From Mobula hypostoma (Eukaryota): DNA of 64,000 bases. The notes under the pieces are model-generated. The model worked only from the letters and a program-made list of their open reading frames with translations. It did not search any database and had not been told where the DNA came from. Below, piece after piece: positions 24,396-37,812 of this stretch. The stretch's first letter is position 1; each line of letters begins with the position of its first letter. The stretch spans positions 72,788,001-72,852,000 of the forward strand of contig NC_086103.1 of NCBI RefSeq assembly GCF_963921235.1, in the 5' to 3' direction. The translations under genes and the position numbers were made by a program.

Positions 24396-25496
24396 GATAT
24401 TAATGTCTTTTTATTTAGATAAACTGCACTGTCAATAATAAAGGTTAACAAGTGTGCCTTGAAGTTGCTTTTAATATAATTGTTTCTGTTTAGAACCTTA
24501 AGATTAAGTGATTAGGTGAAGATTAGATTTGTATAAGGACAGACTGGGAATGTTTGCAATTGAAGTCAAAAGTAAGATGTGCATTTTACAAAGTGCCTTT
24601 CTCACTGAGCAACAAATGGGAAGATTCTTCCACAGACAGGGATGTGGTGATGATCAGATATAGATCATGATTGTAGATCTTTTAATTTGATTAATTCTTG
24701 GGCAGGAATGGTGATAATTTCTTGTTCTTGAAAATAATCAAAATTGTGCCAATAAGGAAAGATCTTAATGTGACAATATTAATGGTGCTGTGTCTGTTCA
24801 TACATTTGCAACACAGTAAACAAATCCATCATGCAAATAGAAGTAATCCTGATTTAATCACCATGTGGAAGCATGCCCACAGGATTTTACAAACAAGCTC
24901 AGTGAAATGACAAGGTCTTGGCAGATGGAACACAATGAAGAAAAATAGGAGATCATCCATTTTAGTACTAATAATGGAAAAGCAGAGTTTAATAAAAACT
25001 CTGTGATTGGGTAGTGTTGAACTTTCAGAGTAACAAAGTTGTAGTTGTGCAGAGTCTTGGCATTGGTCCAGCAAATCCATTTTGTAAAAACACTGAGCTA
25101 TGTAACCACCAGCAGAAGCTCCTAAGTCCTCATCCGTGGGAGAGGACGGATACACCATGATGGCTACACCTGTGGATGGTTTGAAATACTGGCTCAGGAC
25201 ACAGGATTCTAGCAAGTTACTCTTGGTGGCCTGTGCCACAGCAGAGGTGATGGTTTTAGCTAGCTAACAAAGCATTGGCAAGAGTGCTCTGGGAAGGTAG
25301 TGGAGAGTTTTGGTTTCTAAACAATGAAAGAACATACTCGCCATAGAGAGAGAACAATGAATAACTGGAGTCACAGACAGCAATTCACACCACCCTTCCC
25401 TCACTCTTCAATGGAATGAATGCTCAATGTATTTGGAGGCTTCATGATAGATTCATTGCTTGAACACGTCAGTGGCCCACTTGGTCAGAATATATC

Positions 25497-25683
25497 TGTG
25501 ATGAGAGACCTTGACGAGGATGGTTAGCATCCAAGTACTGGAGTATCAGAGACTAGAATCAAGACATAGCCGCCAGTTAGCAGATCAGGTCTGAGTCTTT
25601 AAAGAGTGTATCAGCAATCAATATTCTGGAGAGTCAGCGTGTCCAAACCCCAGAAGCTCGTGTGGTCGGGTGCTATCATAACA
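25497..25683. mobile_element. 187-bp TG...CA element (mini solo LTR)
   Basis: TGTGATGA...TCATAACA with 5-bp TSD ATATC; the empty site is seen in the paralogous sequence at about 16895-16910. Confidence 0.7.
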
Positions 25684-26279
25684 ATATCTGAACTGCCCTT
25701 TGACCACCCGGTGTTCAGACAGTTACTGTCCTTGTCGAGAAACTGCTTACTTATCCTTGTTTCTCATAAATCGAAGGCACAGCAATCTGACACAGAGTGA
25801 ATATACTGTATATCTACAGCCTGGATCTGGGGCACTGAGCATCAGAATGCACCCTGTGTGTTCACACAGCAGCTGAACATTCCGGTGTGGGTGAATCTTT
25901 TCTGGTGCAGCACATCTGAGATTGTCACGTGGCATTCTCAAGGTGTTTAAATAACATGGAGAGATTCATTAATTCTAGTTGATTGACATGTTGAAAATAT
26001 GGTGATGTATACTGAGGTCCATGTTGGTCAAGCTGATGTCAAATCAGGCTTGGACATTGACTAATAATCCAATTTGTATTTTAGATTAGAAGTCACCTCA
26101 TGACTATGTAGCTCTCAGAACTGGAATAAAAACATCCCAAGGTGTTATTTTCAATAACAAGAAATTGTCTCCATTCCTGACCAATAATTAATCAAATTAA
26201 AAATCTACAATTGCCATCTACTGTATATCTATTTATATTATCTGGTACTTTCCTCTTTCTCTTGCAAACACTCAGAAAT

Positions 26280-26690
26280 CTGTAGTTAGAGTTCTTTCCA
26301 ATATGGAGAAGAACATATTGTGAGAACTAAATTTAACATACCATTGTGGAAGAAGTACAAATGGTGATGGGAAGCAGTACTTGGGCAGACGTTGCATTGC
26401 AGAAGCTGCATTGGTAGTTGTAAGAGGTGGACTGTGTAGAGATGGAGGCAGTATATTGAGCCTGGTAACTATAGAGAGGATGTACACCTGGAGAGATGAG
26501 AAAAATGTTAGGTCCTATTGGCAACATATTGATGATGGGGTAAATGACCCAGGATGGATGTAGAAGCTGGTGGGGTGGGGGCATGGAAGGTGATGTCACT
26601 GTCCTTGCCGCTGATATGAGGAGAGGAATGAGAGCACAAGTGAGGGGAGCAGAACTGTTACAGTTACTGACAGTTGGTGAGAAATAAGCA
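26280..26690 (-). mobile_element. Degenerate Penelope RT fragment
   Basis: The reverse complement resembles 46450-46790 (pyrimidine-rich Penelope RT coding sequence). Confidence 0.5.
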
Positions 26691-26699
26691 GTAAGAATA

Positions 26700-28082
26700 T
26701 TTGCAACTTACATGTATAATAATAATACCAGAAGAGATTAAAAAATCAGTATTTATCACTCTTCCTAAGAAAGCTGGAGCAATAGAATGTGAATTACATA
26801 GGACCATAAGTTTAATGAGTCATATCACCAAGATACTTCTACGAATTTTGATGACAAGAGCTAAAAGTAAGATACAAGCCGAAATAGGTAAGGAACAATG
26901 TGGTTTTGTGAAAGACAAAGGTACAAGAAACGTAATATTGATGTTAAGGATACTATCAGAACTAGCAATTCAAGTGCAGAAAGATTTGTTTCTTTGTTTT
27001 ATCAACTACACAAAAGCATTTGATAAAGTGAAGCACAGTGAGTTATTTGAAATATTACAGAAAACTCTAGATCTATATTCGAAAGATCTCCGCCTAATCA
27101 GAAATCTGTACTGGGAACAAACTGCCACTGTAAGAATAGATGTAGAAGTGAGTCAGTTTACAAAAATCAAGAGGGGCATTAGGCAAGGGTGTGTTTTCTC
27201 CCCTGATTTATCTAATGTGTACAGTAAAACAATATTACAAAAAATGAGACATCTTGGGAATCAAAGTTGGTGGTGAAAACATCAATAATTTCAGATATAC
27301 AGATGACGCTGTGTTAATTGCAAGTACGGAGGAAGAACTACAAAACTTAATTGATACAATTGTTGAAGAAAGTGCAAAAATGGGTCTATCAATCGCAAAA
27401 AGACAGAATGTATGGTGATATCCAAAAAGAAGGAGAATCCTATCCGCAAGCTGAGAATAAATGGGGAAGACATAAAACAAGTACAGAACTTTGGCTACTT
27501 GGGAAGCTGGGTGACATCAGATGGCAGGTGCGACTTGGACATCAAAAGAAGAATAGGGATGGAAAAAGACACCTTAACGAGAATGAAGTGTATACTTACC
27601 AATACTAAACTAGGCATGACAACCTGCCTCAGAGTACTACTGAAATGTTACATTTATCCAGTTATGTTATATGGCTCAGAATGTTGGACAATGTCTTGTA
27701 ACATGAGGAAATGAATTGTAGCAGCAGAGGTGTGGTTTTTGAGGAGGATGCAAAGAATATCATGGACAAAACGAATATCTAACGAGGATGTCATGAACAG
27801 AACATACACAAAAAGAGAAGTAATGTATGAGATCATGAAAAGACAACGTAACTTCATTGGACATGTGATTAGGAAAGAGGAGTTAAAATGCATGGTAATT
27901 ATGGGAAAGATTGAAGGAAAGAAAGCAAGAGGAAGACAAAGACAAATGATGATGAGGACAGCAGCCAGAGAACTGGAAATGAATACCAATGAATTGATCC
28001 ACTTGACCCGAAACAGGAGTGTGTGGGTCATGGCAGTCAAAGCTCAAACTGGGCATGGCACTTGATGATGATGATGATGATA
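26700..28082 (+). mobile_element. RTE-clade LINE, 5'-truncated
   Basis: RTISLMSHITKILLRIL, FINYTKAFDKV, GIRQGCVFSP, FRYTDD, YGSECWT; (gat)n tail at 28063-28082. Confidence 0.88.
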
Positions 28083-29457
28083 TTATATATATATATATAA
28101 TATAAAACAAGTAGTGCAGAATTAGAGAAGCAGTGTTCATGGATGGAGGAGGGGAAGAAGCTGTTCCCCTCCATTGAGTATGTGTCTTAAAGCTCCTGTA
28201 CTTCCTTGTTGATGGTAGCAATGAGATGAGGCCATCCCGTGGGTGGTGGGGCCACTTAATGATGGATGTTGCCTTTATGAGGAATCAGCTTTTGAAGATG
28301 TCCTTGATGCTGGGGAGGATGGAGTCAGTAATGAAGCTGGCTGAGTTTGCAACCTTCTGCAGATTTTTCTGATCCATGCTATGGTTCATTGATACCTGAT
28401 AGTGAAGTAACCAGTTAGAATGCTGTCCGTGGTACGTCTGTCATAATTTGCCAGTGTCTTTGGTGACACAGAAAATCTCCTCAAACTCCATTGAGATGGC
28501 AGTGCGCTTGGTTACAGCGGCTCTCGGATTGAACCAATCATGTAATTGTTTGTCCTTTCTGTCTTTTTTATGATCATAAGACACTACTGGACACTATGAA
28601 CACTGAGTACTGCATGACTACCCCACTAGTGAATTGCTGGATAGTGGGGGAGCTGGACTTGTTGCATACTGTACATCACCTGCTACAGCCACACAGGGAA
28701 GAAGGCATCAGAGGCAGTGCATGGTCCAATAAACTGTGCAAATGATTGTCTGACATTTTTCTTATAATCGCAAGTCCCTGCTGGAAATTGATAATGTGAA
28801 ATACTGCATTGGTTCATTAGCGAGAGCAACAGGAGGGCAGATGCGTGGCCTTGCTTGTTGTGTGAACCAGGTCTCGTACTGTGATGACTCCTGTTGCAGC
28901 TGGCCCGGGGAGGTGACGCAGGAGGCAGTGTAGGAGAGAGCAGAGATACGGCGGGCACACTAATGTTTGTGCTGGGTTGAAGCTGGCCCCCGAAGTCCGG
29001 CTCTCCTGTTGGTGCTTCTCGCTAGTGTTCACTCAGTGGAAGTCAAGCTGGATTGCTTTGGTTTGTGGCTGCACTAGTTCATGATGAGGAACTGCTGTGT
29101 GCTTGTTCTTGTGGAAACGTGGCTCCACGACAATATCGCATGAACCATCAATCTACAGGCCATGACACTGACTTGGGCTATATTATCTTTTTGTGAATGT
29201 TTACTTTTCTGAAATCATAACTACTGTATATGTCTTATACGTGCTGTGTGATGTGTGTGACTATTGGAACTGTGTTTTGCCACGTGGCTCTGGAGGAATG
29301 CTTCTTTATTTGGCTCTATATGTGTGCACAGTTGAATGACAATTGAATTTGAACCTGAAATACAGCCACTGACACTGATACTAGCATGGAAAGAGAATTA
29401 ACTGATTGGCAGGAGAATAAGAGTGGGAATAAATGGGGCCTATTCTGCTTGCCTTCT

Positions 29458-29658
29458 NNNNNNNNNNNNNNNNNNNNNNNNNNNNNNNNNNNNNNNNNNN
29501 NNNNNNNNNNNNNNNNNNNNNNNNNNNNNNNNNNNNNNNNNNNNNNNNNNNNNNNNNNNNNNNNNNNNNNNNNNNNNNNNNNNNNNNNNNNNNNNNNNNN
29601 NNNNNNNNNNNNNNNNNNNNNNNNNNNNNNNNNNNNNNNNNNNNNNNNNNNNNNNNNN
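29458..29658. other. Assembly gap (about 200 N, true size unknown)
   Basis: Run of N; the left flank is a CR1 fragment. Confidence 0.99.
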
Positions 29659-30989
29659 TCAGCACAAGTTTACTCCCAGTACAAATTGCTTTAACAGATC
29701 CAATAATAACTGTTTCTATATTGGGAATTTTAAAGGTTGCCTTGCATTTATTGTGGACTGCAGATAGGCAGGTATACTAGAGATTCTGAAACAAGCACTA
29801 TATGACTGTAGTTGAGAGATTTTAAACACAAACTAAATTGTTGACATTTGCCTGCCTAAGTTCGTTAAATTTTCTGTCACATTTTAATTATCAGGTATTT
29901 CATTTGCAATGACATGTTGATTCCAGTAATGTTTCCAATGACTTGAGTGGTGCAAATGCTTTTGTCATTGATCCTGATTTTAAACTTACTCAGAGTGACA
30001 GAGTTCCACGTCATGTAACAAACCAGCAAGAATGTTCTTTGTGATTGCCTGTGGCTTTTCAAATAATACTCCTCATTGTCCCATTTGTTGTTTATAGAAG
30101 TGAGAAACAATACACTGGCAATGGGTAAGAGAAATCCAGTGCAGAAGATCCACACCCTGTTGTAAATTGTCCAAGAGAATTGTAGCAGAAAGCGAGTCTG
30201 TAGGGAGAAAATGGTTTATTAATCTCACACGTTTAGCAAAAGTTGGAATAGATGCATGTTCAACATAGGATGTGCATTCCCTAACTGACCATCCAAGGAT
30301 ATTCAGCATTAGTGTAAAAGAAACAGAAAATATTGTCTCAATCACAAGTTTTAGGCTAAAATCCATTTTTTAGGTTATTGAGACCATTTGGTCTTTATCA
30401 GATTGTGTGACCAACTCCAGACATTGTAACAATTTAATCAAAAATCACCCAAAGTAGCTTTTTCTACAGCTGTGCAAAACCTGGAGACAATAAATCAGTC
30501 ATCTTAAAGAAAATGAGAAGTATCTTAGCTTTGAAATGGAGAAAGTGTTGGAAAAGGTACAGAATCAGTAATCACTGGGACAAGTGTGGATTGTTTAGAA
30601 ACATCCGGTGTGTCTTTGTTAAAGACTAATGGTGTCTAATTAATGTGACACAGTTTTTCAAGAGGTCGAATTATCACTGAGCATTTCATAATGTGCTACA
30701 TTTGCAAGTACGAGTAGCTTAGGTGCTCATCTTGGTTGGCATGAATGACATGGGCCTATTTCCATGCTTTATTACTCTACACTCAATTATAGGATTTTCA
30801 GCATGGTTAATATAATATAAAAGATAGTAAATAAGAAATAAAAACTGTAAATTACAGTAAGTATATATAAAACATTTAATTAAGTAGCGCAAACGGTGAG
30901 GGAAAGAATAGATCATATTTTCAAAATATACAGATGGTGTAAAACTTGGCTGCATTGAGAATCATGAAGTAGACAATAATGGACATCAG

Positions 30990-31745
30990 GAACTGGATGG
31001 AGGAATGGGCGATAGATGCTCAGAAGTGTGACGTGTTATATTTTGTGAGGAAAAGCAGATATAAACCAGATGGTTCTTATGAAAGTGAGAATAGTATGGA
31101 AATTTGTAACAAGCAACAAGAGACTTTCCACTGAAGATGGAATTTAATGCAGACAAGTGTGAGGTTTTGCACTTTGGCAGGACCAATCTTACACAGTGAC
31201 TGGTGGAGCAATGAGGATTGTGGTAGAACAAAAGGGATCTGCAAATACAGGTCCGTAATTCATTGTAAGTGCTGTCATGGGTAGATAGGGCCATAAAGAA
31301 AGCTTTTGCACATTGGCCTCCAAAAATCAATGTTATGTTGAAATTGCATAAGATGTCAGTGAGGCCTAATTTTGAGTATTGTGTGCAGTTTTGGTCACTT
31401 GCCTATAGGAAATATATAAACAAGATTGAAAGAGTGCAGAGAAAATTTTCAAAGATGTTGCTATACCTGGAGGACCTGAGTTATAAGGAAAGATTGAACA
31501 GGTTAGGACTTTATTTCCTAGAATATAGAAGATCAAGAGGAGATTGGATAGAGGTATACAGGATTCTGAGAGGTATAGATAGGGTTAATTCAAGCAGGCT
31601 TTTTCACCTGAGGTTGGTTGGGACATGGGTTAAGTGTGAAAGGTGAAAATTCTAAGGAGAACATGAGGGGAAACATCTTCACCCAGATGGCCGTGAGAGT
31701 GTGGAATGAGATGATAGTACAAGTTGTGTATGCAAGCTCAATTTC
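30990..31745 (+). mobile_element. Old CR1 3' fragments
   Basis: RPNFEYCVQFWS, ERLNRLGLY similarity. Confidence 0.75.
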
Positions 31746-31759
31746 AACATTTAAGGGAT

Positions 31760-32150
31760 CTTAGATGTTCCAGGTCAGGGGAATAAGAGTCCGACAAGAC
31801 CATTGTGTCCAAGCACCACAAAGAGTTTATTATGAAACACAGGCCCCCATCTATTGCCTTCTCTGAATCAGTAGTCCAGTCCATCCTGTGTATTGAGAAG
31901 TCATTGGGTCTCACAGATTTATCCAGTATGTCTGAAGTAAGCCTTGTCTCCATGAAACAGAGAATGTGACAATTCCTCATTTCCCTCTGATACAGTAATC
32001 TTACCCTTAGGTCCTCAATCTTGTTCTCCATCGACTGTACATTTGCTAACAATATACTGTGTAGAGTAAATTTCATGCCCTGATTTTTCACTCTAGCTTA
32101 GAGTCTTCCCCTCCTCCCTCTCTTCCAACCATGGCGATCTACCTTTGTCT
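31760..32150 (-). mobile_element. Rex1/L2-type LINE endonuclease fragment
   Basis: LLANVQSMENKIEDLRVRLLYQREMRNC..CFMET. Confidence 0.65.
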
Positions 32151-32675
32151 GCTTAAGGATGCCATACCTGTTTGCTTGAGAGTTAAGTCCGCTGAGTCCT
32201 TCAGAAGATTGTGAAACGACTCAGTCTTCTAGATGGTTCAACATGATGTTAAAGGGAAATTACAGTCTACGGACTGCAGTGAGAGTCATTCAGAAGAAGT
32301 ATATTTTGAAGTTTTGTAAGCCACCCGTAGCACATTGCCATTTTTCACTCATCCTCGCCAATAGAGTGTAAATAACTGGGTCCTCCGTAGAAATGCAATT
32401 GACCCAGCACTTACTGACTCCCAATTCAAAGACAATCTGTTTACTTCACTGTTTTATTTCTGTAACAAGAGCATTCCTGTGCATCAGCGCAAATTCAATG
32501 TTTTTTTTTTGCCTAATTGTGGGAATGAGAAAGGCACTTTGAACCTGCATATCCATCACACTTACTGGTTCTCCAGATCTAACCCAGCCCTCATTCAGTT
32601 CTACGTGAGTCATTGATTGAGAAAAATGAATGAGTTCACTGACATGAAAGTAAATTAACTTTTCTTCTGTTACAG

Positions 32676-32759
32676 GAACCAGCACAACATCTGCTTCACC
32701 CACAATTGAGTCCTTGTCTACAGACCATGGAAATGACATTGTTCCATTTACTTACCAGG
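32676..32759 (+). CDS. TIM mucin/stalk exon S1 (84 nt, phase 1-1): GTSTTSASPTIESLSTDHGNDIVPFTYQ
   Basis: Acceptor ttttcttctgttacag, donor G|GTCAGT, Ser/Thr/Pro-rich open frame that continues V in phase. Confidence 0.75.
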
Positions 32760-33899
32760 GTCAGTCTGCATCTTCCAGGCATTACAATTTATCTTCTAAA
32801 CAATGATATTAATGCTTCTTTATTTGTGTAAACTGCACAATTTAACTATCAATCTTCAAAGTGGACAAGGAGGCCTCGAAATTGCTTTCAATTTAAATGT
32901 TCATGTGTAGAACATTAACAATTATGGTGACTTTAACTTAGATAAAGTATTCTCTGGCCAGGTCTCTGTCGATCCCATGGTCCTTAATCTTCTAGATCAG
33001 CCTACTCTGAAGTACCTTGTCATTCGCTTTACTAAAATTGAAGTCAACAGCATCCACTCTCATTAATTAACCTAACACCTCCTCAAAAACCACATATAGG
33101 TAAAACATTTCCTTCCCTTTCTAGAGAAGGGGCTAGACTTGACATCTTCTTAGGAAATGAGGTGGGCAAGTGGTTGATTTGTTCAGTGGTGGGGGAGCAC
33201 TTTGTGATCAGTGACCATAATTATATTAGCTTTTGATATGATTCAATATAATGTCGTAAACTGGGGTCAGGCTTATTCTGATAGCATCAGACAGGAATTC
33301 TTAAAAGTTGATTGGTAGAGGCTGCTTGCAGGTAAGGGGACATCTGGCAAGTGGGAGGAACTTAACTGTGCGACAGGAAGACTTCAGCACCAGCATGTTC
33401 CTGTTACGGTGATGTGCAAGGCTGGTGAAATTAGAGAACCCGGTGATAATGGATATGGAAGATCTGGTCCAAAAAAAAGAAGGAGGCAAGTGATAGGTAT
33501 AGGCAGCTTACTTCAAGCAATTATAATATTGGATGTAGGAGAACACTGGGGAATGAAATTAGAAGGGGGCTACAAGATACCTCTGGCTGATAAAATAGAG
33601 GAGATTATCAAAGATTCCACAAGTATACTAAGAATGAAAAAGCAACTGGAGGAAGAATCATCCTTTCATGGATCACTGTGGTAATCTAAATTCTGAGTCA
33701 TGGTAAATGGGCGAGGTCTTCATTAGAATTGGTATCGGTTTATTTGTTGTCACATGTGTTTTTACAGTGAAATGCTTATTTTGCATACCGATCATACAGA
33801 TCATATAATTAGGTAATGTCGGGTCACATTCAAGACCCTGAAGGAATACATACAGTGTTTTCTGTCAGTATTTATTGTGGAGAATGACATGGAAAGCTA

Positions 33900-35200
33900 A
33901 TTGGAGCAAATCCAGTTAGCCTGTCAGGCAGGAGATGATACGTTTCATCACCAACCTCTCAAAGTACTTCATCACAGTGGATGTAAGTGCTGCTGGTTGT
34001 TAGCTATTCAGTCAGGTTACCACAATCTTCTGAGGCAACAATATAATTGAAGCCTTCTTGAAGCAGTTGCGTACCTCAGACTGTTCAAGCAAGGGTTGAA
34101 AGATATCCAGTCCGTTGATTAGCACAGGCAATTAGTACTTGGCCAGGTACCCCCTCTGGGTCAGATGCTTTTTGTGGGTTCACCCTCCTTCAGGACACTC
34201 TCATGTCTGCTTCAGAAACTGAAATCACAGGGTCATCGGGGGCTGTGGGAGTTTGTGAAGTTTCCTCAATTCTTTGAGAACCAAAGCAAGTACAGAAGGC
34301 ATTGAGCTCATCTGGGAATGAAACCGTGTTGTCATCTCTGAGCCCTGAAGAAGGGCCTGGGCCGAAATGTCAACTGTTCGTGTATTTCCATTGATGCTGC
34401 CCGACCTGCTGCATTCCTCCAACATTTTGTGTGCATTGCTTTGTCACCTATGTCACTTGGTTTCACTGTGTAAGATATAATAGCATTCAAGCCCTGCTGT
34501 AGCTGTCGAGCATCCCCCAGTGACTCATGCTTGATCCAGTTTGCCACTTCGCATGTGAGATGGCTTTCCAGAGCTTGTAACTGTGCACCTTGTATCTTAT
34601 TAGGCTACCATACCTGAGTGACACTGATCTACAGTAGCCCTCAGCAGACCGGGGAGCAAAAAGTTCATCCAGCACTTCTGGTTGGGGAAAACTCTAAATG
34701 ATTTTATGGGGACATGCCCATCTACAATTGTTTTAATAAACTCCGTCACCACAGTGGTGTATTCATTCAGATCTTTTGATGAGTCCTTGAACATGGCCCA
34801 GTCCACTGACTTGAAGCAATCCCATAGCCACAACTTTGCCTCCTGCAGCCACCTCTTTGTTGTGCTCATCACTGGAGCTTTGATCTTTAGAATCTGCCTG
34901 TATGCAGGTAGGAGAAGGACAACCAAGTGATCAGATTTCTCAAAATGTAGTCTAGGCATGGAACAGTAGGCTTTCCTAATTGAGGTGTAGCAGTGGTTGG
35001 GACCCCTGGTGCTGCAGGTTAAATGCTGACGATAACTGGGTGGAGATTTCTTCAAATAAGCCTGATTGAAATTCCGGACGATGATTGGGGTGGACAATTT
35101 CTTGCTTGGTGATGGCAGCAGTTAATATCTCAAATGCCTGGTGAAGGTCAGCTTTTGGTGACAGATTAGCACTGAAATAGCACCACAAGGAGTCAACTGT
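33900..35200 (-). mobile_element. Rex1/L2-type LINE fragments with a nested Penelope tail (about 34340-34440)
   Basis: SDHLVVLLLPAYRQ, DCFKSVDWAMFK, KSFRVFPNQK; ctgaagaagggcctgggccgaaatgtc motif. Confidence 0.65.
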
Positions 35201-35424
35201 ATCAAGTCTATTATGGAAAGGCCGGGACTGAAGAAAGCTGATTGCCACCACCTGTCTGAGGACAAATTTGAGAAGTGGGGGAGGTGTAAGCAGCTAACAT
35301 CCCAGTGAATAGTTAGAAATTTTCTATAGCATTCCTCAGATCCTGCCCTGCTAGTAATTCGATCTGTTTCTCAGTGTAGGGACAAGATTTCAGACTGTGG
35401 TTGTGCTCCCTCTTCCTGTGCCAG

Positions 35425-35643
35425 ACAGTGTTATCTGTAACACTGGACTGTTACTGGTTAGAACGAATGGGGACAGAGTAACATCCCAAGGCTATTATCT
35501 TGGTGGTAGAATTGGGGAAGGAGATGTATCACACACTACAAGTGATCTACAGAGAGGAGTTAGTGGCTGGTATTGCTGCCGTGTGGAGATTCTTGGACTG
35601 TTTAATGATCGGAAAATGAACTTGAATCTTCTGGTTTTGGACA
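35425..35643 (+). pseudogene. TIM IgV remnant V3: 5' third deleted, GC donor, remainder open and in frame
   Basis: RTNGDRVTSQ...LGGRIGEGDVS...SGWYCCRVEILGLFND...LVLD, donor A|GCAAG. The B-strand Cys and C-strand Trp are missing. The downstream intron is homologous to those after V1 and V2. Confidence 0.8.
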
Positions 35644-36199
35644 GCAAGCAGTTCAATATTCCATGTTTCTGTCTCATCAATGGTGGTGCAACAGTGTAGC
35701 AGTTTCTGTAACTGTCCCACAGATCCTGTGACCCAGGTTCAACCCTGAGCTCCGATGTTCCATATGAGAAGGTCACCTCGGTTCCCCAGGTGCTTGAGTT
35801 TCCTTCATTTACATGGGGAACATTTGTTTGGAGAGATTATATTGCTTTGATTGAATGAATAGTGCTCTTCTGCCTGCTGAAAACATATGAAGTAACATAA
35901 GGAATACTGATTCTGTCTTTGTTGTTAATTGCTGTACATGTAGTATGGATAATGCGCTGGGTAAAAGTGGCAGGATGCTACAATATAAAATGTACAATGT
36001 AATAGTGATCCCTGTAGTACCCATGAGTTACCATGATAATGTCAACGGCTCGTTAATAACAGAATGCATTTTCACTAGGACTTGACTCTAATCCTCACCT
36101 TGGAACATTCTCATTACTTATTTCAATCTCTCCTGGGGAAAAGCACTGAACTCAGAGGTAAAGGATGTAACAGACTCCTTGACTTACTGGTAATATCTG

Positions 36200-36800
36200 A
36201 CCAAATTAGTGGAATGCAGAAGCCCAAGGAAAATTGATTCCCTAGGAATTATGTATAGAGAGATAGGAAAAAGGCTGAAGAGCAGGACCTCCAAGGCAAT
36301 AATTTCTGGATTAATCCCTGTTTCACCTGCTAGTTAGAGCAGGAATAGGATGATAGTACAGATGAATGAATGGCTATGGAGCTAGTGCAGGGGCAGGGTT
36401 TCAGGTTCTTGGATCATTTGGAACCTCTTCTGGACCAGGGGTGACCTGAACGTAAAGGACATGAGGCACCTAAACTGGAGGAGAACCAATTTCTTGGCCA
36501 GGAGGTTTGCCAGTGCTACTCAGGATGGCTTAAATTAGTTTGGCCGGGGATTGGAACCGGAACACCAGGTCAGAAAGTGGAGGGATGCAGAGGAAGGTAG
36601 ATGCCAGGGCCAGTAAAAACAGGTAGGAGAAAAGTAATAGGCAGATGCAACAGATAGTTTGACGTGTGTGTAATTAAATGCTAGGGGTATTATGGATAAA
36701 GATGATGAACTGGAGCATGGATCAGTACATGGAATTATGATGTTCTGACCATTGCAGAGACTTCGTTGAGAGAAGGATAGGAATATGCTTAATTTATTTG
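36200..36800 (+). mobile_element. Old CR1 ORF1/ORF2 junction fragment
   Basis: Similarity to 12800-13320 (ggttcttggatcatt..., tgtgtaattaaatgctagg, tggaattatgatgtt). Confidence 0.6.
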
Positions 36801-37812
36801 TTTTGCCACTACATTGTGTGTTGAGGGACCTTGTTATAAGAATCATCCATTGTAACAATGATCAGAAAGAATCTCTATTTACCTACAAATAACCTTTATT
36901 GTCTAAACTAAAAAGCATGTGGGTTCACGAGCTAACTACTTGTCTGCACATCCACCAGAATTCCCACAGCCTCCATGAACAGTCAGTGAACGGAAAAGGT
37001 ACTACCAGCAAAAGGAGTCTATGCTGGCCAGGCGCTCCTCACGGTCCTGATCTCCACATGTCCGTGGGATCCGTCTCATCTGCAATTGTTGATCTCTGTT
37101 TGCTGGAGAGTTATCGCTGTAATGTGTTTGAATCGCCTGACTTTTATAGTGTACCTCATCAGTTGAACTGGTGGATCTCCATCCATTGGCTCAAGGTCAC
37201 GTGGCCCACCTGGGTCATCTTCTTACTGGTTCTAGTCCAGGGTTATAACCAACATTGTTTCATGTTTTTGTCCACCCCAGCCTTATGCATTTGTGTCTTT
37301 CAACTCTGACTGGTCCAAACCAGTTAAACTAGGTAACCCAAACATCACTTCTCTGGTAAATCTACCACTTTACATAATAAATAGCTACCCATCTGAGAAT
37401 GGTCTCAGGTTTAGCAGGTCATTAGCTGAAGCTCCTTGTGTCCACATTCAATTGATCTGATTAAATTACCACAGAGCAAGACTCAGTTCAGAGTTCATAA
37501 ATTGGGTGGGGGGGAAATAATGACAATTGGTTTGTCTACTTCTCCTGTCTTTGATTCATCCAAGTCCACTAATTTGTAGCCAGTAGTAGGCATGAGGGTT
37601 TAGTTTAGTTGGCCATTTTATTACTAAATTATTTGGTTTGGGACTACATTATGAGTTGAAGAGCCTGTTTATGTGCTGTACTGTTCTATGTTCTGAAACA
37701 TGGGTCTGGAAGTTTTGGCAAATTATCTCAATATCTGGGTAAGACTGTTTTTACACTCGATACCATCTTGTTCTGATTTCTGCACATTTCATTCTTACAA
37801 CTGTCATTACAG

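Noticed and set aside
29381-29780. ORFs in the supplied track containing long X runs
   Set aside because: Artefacts of translating the N gap.
32577-32604. 28-nt exon-like segment (ctccag|ATCTAACCCAGCCCTCATTCAGTTCTAC|GTGAGT) resembling the start of S2
   Set aside because: It is phase 1-2, so it would frameshift S1 into a stop. It may be a decayed paralogous exon, but there is no support for function.
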